NCBI GenBank assembly: GCA_965231145.1
Contig: OZ246420.1
Coordinates: forward strand, 180,001 to 212,000
Direction of reading: 5' to 3'
Length of the DNA: 32,000 bases
Source: Candidatus Saccharimonadota bacterium
GTDB lineage: Bacteria; Patescibacteriota; Gracilibacteria; Absconditabacterales; Absconditicoccaceae
Both the position numbers and the translations under genes were made by a program. The notes beneath the pieces were generated by a model, which was not told the DNA's origin, did no database searches, and worked only from the letters and a program-made list of their open reading frames with translations. Positions 1 to 7,624 of this stretch are shown here, piece after piece (positions within the stretch are counted from its first letter, which is position 1; each line of letters begins with the position of its first letter).

Positions 1-933
1 TTTTTGATGATAGTAGTCGTGTTGATCGTGTGATTTGTCTGGCAAGCAGCAAAGATGCTTATGCCAGAGTTCTTTTATAGTATAGGTTATGCACCGCTAG
101 GGGATTGGGTGTTTGGGCAAAATCCACCATTGTATTATCTTACCTGACCTGGATGATATGCAAGACTCAGTTGAATTTTCTCAGGACCAAATAACTATGG
201 TTATCTTATGGTTGCACTCTTCGGTTTTTGGTGGCGGTATCTTCGCACTCGTGTACAGCATAAAACAACTAAAACGCTCTTACGATTGCTTTTTGGACTT
301 TCTGTAGTTGGCACTCTTTCCAGAGGAGCTATCATATGAATATTTCTTCAGATTATAGCACTTTCATTTGTGTTATTGCATGCAAAGCGCAAGTATATCT
401 GGTCGCTTATAGTTGTTGCAATTCTTGCGGTGGGAGTATTGAGTATTGTGAAGCGATGATCGACGTTAGAGCATGTGCGTACAAAGTTTGGAAGTCTTTC
501 GTATGTGCGGTCAAATCCATGGGGCTATGGTCTTGGCTCGTCGGGTCCGAGCATCCATACATGACATGGCAATATACTTCCTGAAAATTTCTTTGTGCAG
601 ATCCTGATCGACATAGGTATCCCAGGTTTGCTCTTATGGTTATTCTTTTGGTACCTTGTCTTACATAGCATGCGATCTAATAGAGCAAAGGTGAAAGATG
701 AAAGAGCAAAGTTACATAAAGAAGAATTGTTGACTAGCAATCAGCAGACAAACCTATGAGATAACACTTTGTTAATATGTCTTTCATTTAGTTTTCTATG
801 ATTGCTTCTCGAGGGGATGTTCTTACATGTCTTTGAAGACAGTATGGTGAATTATTGGTTCTTTATACTATGGGGAATAGTGTACGGATACGTACAAAGA
901 AGTGAAAACTGAAAGAGTAGAGAGCAGAATTAA
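1..933 (+). CDS. O-antigen ligase / Wzy_C-like polytopic membrane protein (5' partial)
   Basis: Frame 1 is open from base 1 to TAA at 931-933 once 10 in-frame TGA codons are read as Gly. Motifs seen: ARLS-G-IFSGPNNYGYLMV, LSRGAIIG, WGYGLGSSGP...LPENFFVQILIDIGIPGLLLW. These are typical of the O-antigen ligase family. The product is very hydrophobic. Confidence 0.75.
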
Positions 934-983
934 ATACGGATGAGTAGTTGATAGCTTTCATCGTGTAATATAATTAATAAGAG

Positions 984-1013
984 AACTCTCAGGGTCACTG
1001 CTGAGAGTTTTTC
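984..1013. terminator. Hairpin between convergent genes (bidirectional terminator candidate)
   Basis: AACTCTCAG (984-992) pairs with CTGAGAGTT (1001-1009) across an 8-nt loop, followed by TTTT. It sits between the stop at 933 (+) and the stop at 1042 (-). Confidence 0.6.
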
Positions 1014-1041
1014 TATGATTAATTTTGCTCTTTTAATGTGT

Positions 1042-2103
1042 TTATTGTAATAAGACGAAGTTAGTAACAACGTATGCTGTTCCAATGATGATGATACCTA
1101 TGATAATATAGAGGAAATTTCTTTTGATCTTGTCGATTTGTTTTTCGTCGGTCGGGTTTCTGAGAAGGCTGATAGCCTCTATGATAATGAGTACGAGTAC
1201 GATAAATCCTACAAGTCCCATAACCCGGTTGAGCACAACATAGAGCCATGCAAACGATTTGTCTGCAAGCACGCCGCTGCCGATATCTGCAAGTGATGTG
1301 GCAAATGGATTTACCACTTCAGCTTCCTTTCCGTAAATAGTTTCTGCAAGAGATTTTGAAAAGATGATAGTCAATATACCGATGGTGTTCCATATGATGA
1401 TCGTTTTAGCATGGTCCTTTATCTTATCATCTGGACTCATCACAAATCTATACATATGAAGAAGGAGTATGAGGAAGAGTACTCCCATTACTAAGAACAT
1501 GATCATCTTGAGAAACGGAAATATGATCAGACTGTAGAGTTTCCATGCTGCTATATTTCCTTGAAAGAAGCCGTTGAAGTCGAGGACTCCTCATGCTCCG
1601 ATCAGTCTGCTTGCGATAAACGAAGCAGAAAGCATGATGATGATTCCTACGACGCCCCGAAGAAGATACGCAAATCATTTCTTTTGTGCGTCGTCTTTGT
1701 CGGCAGACATAATTTCGTAAAATCCTATGATTGCCATAAGTATCCCAACGATGATGAAAGCTGGGATGATAATCTTTTGTACTACCGCAATGATCGTATC
1801 TCTTGCGCCTTCAGCACCACCTCGTGCACCGGCGAAACCCGCGCCTTCAAGATGATTTTGGATAGGTAATGTGGTTTCTCTGATGGCTATATCAAAGCGA
1901 GAAAATAATAACGATCCTACTGTGGTTCCCATAAATGCGCCTATAACTCCTGCTCATCCACTACCTCCAAGAGCTCCAACAACACCCATGGGCGTGGTGG
2001 GTATTCCAGTAACTCCGAGACTTATCGCTGATGTAAACGAAAAACTAGTGAGCAAAGCTCAGAGTCAGATTCCATATGCTACTAGTTTTTTTAGAAAGTT
2101 CAT
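1042..2103 (-). CDS. Membrane protein with signal-peptide-like N-terminus and three tandem VirB2/TrbC-like pilin modules (hypothetical)
   Basis: ORFs 1042..1506 and 1675..1932 share a frame and join through TGA codons at 1591-1593, 1675-1677, 1954-1956, 2059-2061 and 2065-2067. The first ATG after an upstream TAG is at 2103, giving 353 aa. The N-terminus is MNFLKKLVAYGIGLGALLTSFSF. There are three helix / short polar loop / helix units: YEIMSADKDDAQKKGFAYLLRGVVGIII, YRFVMSPDDKIKDHAKTIIIWNTIGIL and SLLRNPTDEKQIDKIKRNFLYIIIGIII. The stop is TAA. Confidence 0.7.
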
Positions 2104-2165
2104 CTACAATGGTATTATATTTTAAATGCATTTAGCACATGGCAGTTAGCAGATAGCATTTATTG

Positions 2166-3158
2166 CTACTTGCTAGCTGCTACTTGCTTTTTTCCTCCAA
2201 GTAATGTGTAAAGAATAGGTATCTTTGGTAGTTTCCCCGAAGGAATAGTCATCAGTATCTTTCCGAGTAATAGTATCTGAGGAAGTAGTGCAAGATTGAG
2301 ACCGACAGTTGGGTTGCTACTGAGCCAGGTAACATAGCCTCGGTATCAGATCGCTCCAAGAGCGAGGAGATACTGCACGATAGTGCGCCAGTGTGATATG
2401 GGATCAAGCTGTGCATAGGTAGCTTTTCGTGATTCTATCTCTGTCGAGAGTGAAGAGTTTTTTTGAAATATCTTTTTAAGAAGATTTGTTATGAAGCCTA
2501 GTGGATACGCAATCAGTTCTTCAACGTTATGAGCAAAGAGATGGTTAAGTGCGTTCTTAGCAGGAAGAGAGATGAGGTCCATACCTACAACTACCATGAT
2601 CATCCTGGCTGCTATAAGAAATAGTCCGAGGAATATCATAGATGCTGATGGCCAGATACTAATGATGATAATGTAGAGAGACCGCCATAGGACACTTTCT
2701 TTGACCCATCGATAATTATGGTTGTCAAGCGTATCGTTGTACCACAGATAATAATTGTAGAGAGGCATGAAGTAACTTACGATTCAGAGATCATGGTTTA
2801 TAGTAAATTCTGAATTCTGAATTCTGGATTCTGGATTGTGTATTAAAGTTTTGTTATTGATGATAGCAAAAACTCCCATGATGATCATCAGGATGACAAT
2901 GCCGAGTAGTCCGTAGTTGATCCAATAGAGGATGGTGAGTGGAAACAAAAAACTATAGAATGCTCCTATGATGAGCGCAAGCCCTAAGACCGTCAAGATC
3001 CAATACCCATAGCGAATATAGCCTTTGACAAAAACTTCTTCTTCAGCTGGCACATCGATGCTTTTGTCCTTGAGCATAAATTGTACTGCAGGAGCAAGCA
3101 GCATGATGGCAGCCAGAGAGGCGAGGTTTTTGTCTGTAAAGCTTTGGTTGTTTGACAT
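2166..3158 (-). CDS. Multipass membrane protein, 330 aa (hypothetical)
   Basis: ORFs 2784..3158 and 2346..2768 share a frame. They are separated only by TGA at 2784-2786. A second TGA at 2346-2348 extends the frame to TAG at 2166-2168. There are several hydrophobic segments. It lies immediately downstream of the VirB4-like gene. Confidence 0.6.
2805..2839. repeat. Heptanucleotide tandem array (AAATTCT GAATTCT GAATTCT GGATTCT GGATTGT) inside a CDS
   Basis: Five consecutive 7-nt units read directly from the sequence. They lie just upstream of the TGA junction that fuses the two ORF halves of 2166..3158. Confidence 0.8.
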
Positions 3159-3229
3159 AGGCTTATAGGGCTTATAAAGAAGATACAGATGACTGATACA
3201 GATACAGTATCTGTCGACAGTATCGGTAT

Positions 3230-5284
3230 CTATTTAACGTCAGTTGTAATAAACTCTTTTTCCATGGGTGATGCTAAGATCTTAAGTGAGACGTGTTGGT
3301 TTCCTGCGAAGAGGACTCCTTCTCCGACTCCTGCTGCAACGAGCTTTTGTTTTTCTGCTTCAGATAATCCTACGATATTGTTAAGCTCTTTGATCGACGC
3401 TGTTGATTGTTTAAGGAGGATCTGCATAGCCGAGTTGGTGATGATTGGTTTTCCGTATTTCGATCTTGCGAAGTCTTCAATATCCTGTGTGATAGTGGTG
3501 ATACCGAGACCGTATTTTCTGGCTCTCTTTACCATACCATAGAGGAAGTTCGCGGAGATGTCATTTTGCATCATGATCCACGCCTCGTCGACTACGAGTA
3601 ATCTCTTTTCTTTTTTCGATCTTACTTTTGTCCAGATGAAGTTAAGGACGTTGTACATGGCTGGAGTTTTCAGTGCTTCATCCAAATCTCTGATAGAGAA
3701 GACGGTGAGCCCTGTGTTGAAGTCGACATTGGTATGGTTGTTGAAGAGCTTTCCAAATGTTCCTGTAACATATTTACTGAGTCTTACTGCGATACTATTT
3801 CCACCGTCTGTTCCTTCCAGAACGTGGAGCAGGTCTTCCATGATAGGTGGTTGTTTGTTTCCGTAACTCTCATCATCAAATGTGATTTCTTTGAGTGCAT
3901 ATGTTGATTGAAGTGCGCGGTCGAGCAACGCTTCTTCTTCTGACGTCAGTCCTCAGATCAATACAGAGATGAGTCCAATGAGACCCATGATCTGGGTTCT
4001 GAGTAGGTCTCCTTTCCCGTATTCAACATCTTCTACTCTTGGTGGAAGGTCGAAAGGATTTACATATTGCTGACTGTTAATAGCGATGTTTACATAGGTT
4101 CCGCCTACTTTGTCACAGAGCGCCTTATATTCGTTTTCGGGGTCGATTACAATGGTGGGAACTCAAAGGAGGAGGTATCTCATGATCTCCAGTTTCACAG
4201 TGAACGATTTACCGGCACCGGATGTCGCGAGTACGACGCTATTTGCATTGGTCATTTTCTTACCGAAACGGTCGAAGATAACGAGCGACCCTGTTTGCAT
4301 ATTTGCTCCGTAGAGAATTCCGGTTTTATCGATGAGGTCGTTTGAGATGAACGGGAAGCTTCCCGCAAGTGATGTCGTTACCATCGATCTTGTAATGCCG
4401 AGTTCATCGAGTCCAAGTGGCATTGTAGAGGTTAATCCTTCGTCCATTCTCTGGATGGCTGGTTTCATCCTGATACCATATCCTGCTATTTTCTGCTCGA
4501 GCTTCTTGCTTTCTTCATTGAGCTTTTCTTCGTTGCGCTCATAGAGCGATACATAACATGATGTCTCAAAATATCTTTCTTCGCGTGTCGCGAGTTTTTG
4601 TCTGATGTCTTCTACGTCACGATACTGGAGCTGAACTTCCGTATCGATGGTAATTCCTTTCGATGCTGATTCATTCATTTCAGCTCTGAGCTGTGTCGAG
4701 CGACGCTTGAGCATAGACTGAATATCACCGTCGTTTTCTGGATAGATAAACCATGACATATCCCACTTGTCGTAGAAGTTCATGAGATCTCTCGTCCACA
4801 GAAAATCGATATATGAAGGGTAGTTATGCGCGTAGTAAGTCTTCCCAAAAAGTCCTGAAGTATTTGTATACGATGGTTTTACCTCCCGGTAACTTGGTGC
4901 AATGTGCGACTTATAATCTGCAAGAGACGTCACGTACTCCTTTTCTACCTTCTGAATATGTCTTCTTAGATCTGACGTGAGGAGTTTGTCGCTGTACTGA
5001 TCATCCGGCAGTTCAATCATCCTCTTGATCTGCTCAGTGAGAGAGTCAGCCTTATGTGCCTCATCGATCTTCTTCTGTTCTTCTGCCTTTTCTGCTTCGC
5101 TCTTTTTCATCTTCTTTGGAGCGCCAAATATCCATGCGAAAAATTTATCAAAAAATGACTCCTTCTTTTTTGGAGTAGCTTCCGCTACCGCTTCTTTCGA
5201 AGCGATTTCTTTTTCGTCCACATACGGAAATCATCCCTGGGGGATAAACTGTGTGTAGTTTGTGTCGTATACAACGTTCAGCAT
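3230..5284 (-). CDS. virB4: VirB4/TrbE/ConE-like type IV secretion ATPase
   Basis: ORFs 3230..3928 and 4163..5221 share a frame and join through TGA at 3953-3955 and 4163-4165. Walker A is VLATSGAGKSFTVK. Walker B is RLLVVDEAWIMM. The motif VIDPENEY is also present. The start is set at ATG 5284 (one more TGA at 5231-5233), 27 nt downstream of a TTGCTG-N17-TATAAT promoter. The product is 684 aa and the stop is TAG. Confidence 0.9.
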
Positions 5285-5318
5285 GAGTTGAGAAGATTTT
5301 GTTTTATAAATCTCTTCT

Positions 5319-5347
5319 ATTATACGTAAAGAGCAAACCAGCAGCAA
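5319..5347 (-). promoter_or_regulatory. Sigma70-type promoter for the VirB4 operon
   Basis: Minus strand reads TTGCTG (5347-5342), a 17-nt spacer, then TATAAT (5324-5319). Confidence 0.55.
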
Positions 5348-5387
5348 TTTTGGGTCCGAAACTGGTGTTTTTCTTTGGAAAATGAGA

Positions 5388-5415
5388 TTGACATAAACGT
5401 AGGATTGTATATTGT
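5388..5415 (+). promoter_or_regulatory. Sigma70-type promoter (TTGACA ... TATTGT/TATATT)
   Basis: TTGACA at 5388-5393 with an A/T-rich -10 region at 5408-5415. The whole promoter and leader are near-duplicated at 5871-5915. Confidence 0.55.
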
Positions 5416-5450
5416 CTGTGGGTTAACAAAATTGCGCACTCTAAAAACTT

Positions 5451-5795
5451 ATGCTTATGTTGTTCTTAACACATGTTTACAGCCTTACAGGCCCTCTTGT
5501 GGCTGGGCAAAATTCGCTTACCAGGTATGTCGCAGCTTCGGATCCGAAAGGAGTAGACTATAGAACGTCTGATGGCGTTTCTCTTAGTGAGGCTGAAATT
5601 CAAAGCCTTGTACACCAAAATGTGCTTCGCCCTTTGCGTCCCGAGCCGTGTGTCATTGAACCTGATAAGGTTCTCTTGGTAAATTGTGTCGGTGGCGTCT
5701 ATCTGGTCGATAAAAACTATGAACAAAATAGGAAGACCATGCAGCGTATAGGTACGCTGCTTATGACAGACAAGCAGCTGCTTCCAGCTGCATAA
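5451..5795 (+). CDS. Hypothetical protein, 114 aa, paralog-family member
   Basis: ORF with a TAA stop, no in-frame TGA, its own promoter and its own terminator. It shares the motif LRPEPCVIEPDKVLLVNCVGGVYLVD with two repeats in the downstream 365-aa protein. The start codon is uncertain. Confidence 0.6.
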   Translation: MLMLFLTHVYSLTGPLVAGQNSLTRYVAASDPKGVDYRTSDGVSLSEAEIQSLVHQNVLRPLRPEPCVIEPDKVLLVNCVGGVYLVDKNYEQNRKTMQRIGTLLMTDKQLLPAA

Positions 5796-5819
5796 TGTCC
5801 TTGTGCTTAACGTATTTGT

Positions 5820-5844
5820 AAAGCTCCGTTTACGGGGCTTTTTT
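5820..5844 (+). terminator. Rho-independent terminator
   Basis: AAAGCTCCG, loop TTTA, CGGGGCTTT (one G-U pair), followed by TTTTTT. Confidence 0.75.
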
Positions 5845-5870
5845 GTATCATACATTCAGCGGAAATATAA

Positions 5871-5902
5871 TTGACATTGCCGTAAAGGTTGTATACTATA
5901 CT
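5871..5902 (+). promoter_or_regulatory. Sigma70-type promoter (TTGACA ... TACTAT/TATACT)
   Basis: TTGACA at 5871-5876 with -10 candidates at 5892-5902. It is a near-copy of the 5388 promoter, including the leader GGGGTAAACAAAT versus GGGTTAACAAAAT. Confidence 0.55.
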
Positions 5903-5940
5903 GGGGTAAACAAATAATCGAACTAAATAAAAAGAATTAT

Positions 5941-7038
5941 ATGAGAACATTCACAGTTAAATACATTCAAAGACCTTTTATGAAGGTTGAAGACCATTAC
6001 AAACCGAAAAAATTTCTGCGTAGAATTGATTTCTGGAGCGGAAATGAACCTGAAAATCTCAATTTCCATTGGCAGAACATAAATGTAAAGCCTCAGGATG
6101 TAGCAGATTTTCAGCGGCTTCTCTCTGCTAAAATGGTAATAGAATTGCCAGAATCAATTACTATTCCTGAAGGTAAATGCTTGTGGCTCTATATGGACTC
6201 AGGTTTGTATATTGCTGATGCACAAACTCCTTTAGAAAGCGATATGCAGATGGTCGCAATGACCACAAAATGTTGGAATACTGTGCCTGGTAATAAGCCT
6301 TCTGAAGAAAGACAATATCAAGATATTCTTGTTATAAGATATCTTATGGTGCCTTTTGAGGGCTATCCTCAAAAAGAAGGAGAACTTCGGGCGATGACTA
6401 TCGTTACTACAACGCTCACTGAGGAGATTGATAATAACTATCGCTTCGGCCCAAAACAACAATATGTTCATCATCGTGAAGAGAAATGGAAACAATGGCT
6501 GGCGCAAGGCAGAATTATTGAATTGTCGAAACCATTGATCCATAACCCTGGTCCCTGGGATGTAAAAGGAAAAGATAATGGTCTGAGTTTCTGGACGGAT
6601 AGTACAAAAACCCATCATTATGGACCTGTTCCTAAAGAGGCAAAATGCTATTTTTATACCCATTTGCTTCTTAGGGGTGCTAAGCCGCAAGAGGGTGAAA
6701 TAGTTCGTTCTCAAGCATATTATGGAATGTACTATTTGCTCGATATAGACCTAACGGTTTATTCCGGATATCCCCCTAATGAAGACCAATTTCATGAATC
6801 TGCAGAAGCCATGGCTGTTATGGAACGAGAAAATAAGGTGGTAAAATTGCCGAATCCTTATCGAATTCCACCTAATAAGCAGCTCTGGATTTCTGCTCAA
6901 GGGAATATCTATATGGCGCATTCTCAAAAACCTAATGAGCATCCATATGAACTTGTCATGAATGCTCCTATTATTGCGACACTGCCGTGCGACAGGACGT
7001 CTCTTATAATGTATCATGACTTTGCTGTGACGGCCTAA
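5941..7038 (+). CDS. Hypothetical protein, 365 aa, with internal repeats
   Basis: Uninterrupted ORF with a TAA stop. The internal repeats are VIELPESITIPEGKCLWLYMDSGLYIADAQTP (6136-6231) and VVKLPNPYRIPPNKQLWISAQGNIYMAHSQKP (6838-6933). I recognise no family. Confidence 0.75.
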   Translation: MRTFTVKYIQRPFMKVEDHYKPKKFLRRIDFWSGNEPENLNFHWQNINVKPQDVADFQRLLSAKMVIELPESITIPEGKCLWLYMDSGLYIADAQTPLESDMQMVAMTTKCWNTVPGNKPSEERQYQDILVIRYLMVPFEGYPQKEGELRAMTIVTTTLTEEIDNNYRFGPKQQYVHHREEKWKQWLAQGRIIELSKPLIHNPGPWDVKGKDNGLSFWTDSTKTHHYGPVPKEAKCYFYTHLLLRGAKPQEGEIVRSQAYYGMYYLLDIDLTVYSGYPPNEDQFHESAEAMAVMERENKVVKLPNPYRIPPNKQLWISAQGNIYMAHSQKPNEHPYELVMNAPIIATLPCDRTSLIMYHDFAVTA

Positions 7039-7063
7039 TAAATGCAGAATATTGATTGTTTTT

Positions 7064-7092
7064 AAGCGCGGATATTTGTCCGTGCTTTTTTG
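7064..7092 (+). terminator. Rho-independent terminator
   Basis: AGCGCGGA, loop TATTTG, TCCGTGCT (one G-U pair), followed by TTTTTT. Confidence 0.75.
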
Positions 7093-7112
7093 ATTTTTCA
7101 TCGGGAAATCCA

Positions 7113-7140
7113 TTGCATTTACTGAGCGAATAGTTATATA
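7113..7140 (+). promoter_or_regulatory. Sigma70-type promoter upstream of gatC
   Basis: TTGCAT (7113-7118), a 16-nt spacer, then TATATA (7135-7140). The same TTGCAT-N16-TATATA arrangement occurs at 13915-13942 on the minus strand. Confidence 0.5.
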
Positions 7141-7213
7141 TTTTCTACCTGTCAGACGCCCGTTTGGGTGGCTAAAAATGCAGGTATTTTTATTTACTTG
7201 TTTCTCCTTGGAT

Positions 7214-7510
7214 ATGACAGTGAGCGACGAACAGTTAGACCATCTTGGTAAACTCGCTGCGCTTCGTCTGACAACAGATGAAAAGGTTAGACTCGGGAAG
7301 CAGGTGAGTACTATTATTGATTTTGTCGGAAAGCTTGATGAGGTAGATGTAGAAGGCACAGAGCCTCTCTCTCATCCTATCGAATGAAGAACGGTTCACC
7401 TTTATAAGGAAGGTGAAACCTACCCCGATCCAGATGGACTGCTTGCAAATACGAAGCACCAACTGAAAAATAGAGGGATAGTGATGAAATCTGCCATACA
7501 GGCGAGTTAA
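7214..7510 (+). CDS. gatC: Asp/Glu-tRNA(Asn/Gln) amidotransferase subunit C
   Basis: MTVSDEQLDHLGKLAALRLTTDEKVRLGKQVSTIIDFVGKLDEVDVEGTEPLSHPIE continues through TGA (7385-7387) as G-RTVHLYKEGETYPDPDGLLANTKHQ...SAIQAS to TAA at 7508-7510. Both the length and the motif order are GatC-like. Confidence 0.85.
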
Positions 7511-7511
7511 A

Positions 7512-7588
7512 AGTTTGTAAAGTAGAAAGTTCATAAAGTATAAACAAATAAGGTTTTAACTTTACGAACTTTATAAACGTTATGAACT
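7512..7588. repeat. Word-built inverted-repeat element (AGTTCATAAAGT family), copy A
   Basis: AGTTTGTAAAGT (7512-7523) and AGTTCATAAAGT (7528-7539) face ACTTTACGAACT (7559-7570), CTTTATAAAC (7569-7578) and TTATGAACT (7580-7588). The same words recur at 13983-14034. Confidence 0.7.
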
Positions 7589-7624
7589 GTGTTAGTATTT
7601 TAGTTTTATAGATATAAGTAAACA

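Noticed and set aside
3230-5221. The VirB4-like ATPase appears split into two ORFs (3230..3928 and 4163..5221), suggesting a pseudogene.
   Set aside because: Both pieces and the 234-nt gap are in one frame. The only interruptions are TGA codons at 3953 and 4163, and the gap encodes sensible VirB4 sequence (VPTIVIDPENEY...). Every other large gene in the window shows the same pattern. This is codon reassignment, not decay.
5451-7038. Absence of in-frame TGA in the two paralogous ORFans taken as evidence of recent import from a code-11 donor.
   Set aside because: TGA density varies widely here. There is none in the 757 codons of 16199..18472, and the rate is about 0.3-0.4% in several genes. 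Zero in 479 codons is therefore not significant by itself.
7178-7213. ORF-track start at 7178 (MQVFLFTCFSLD...) for gatC, the GTG start at 15593 for the giant gene, and the GTG start at 24697.
   Set aside because: The extensions add hydrophobic or non-homologous residues before the recognisable N-termini. The internal ATG codons at 7214, 15620 and 24706 fit the family start or the promoter spacing better. The start sites remain uncertain by a few codons.
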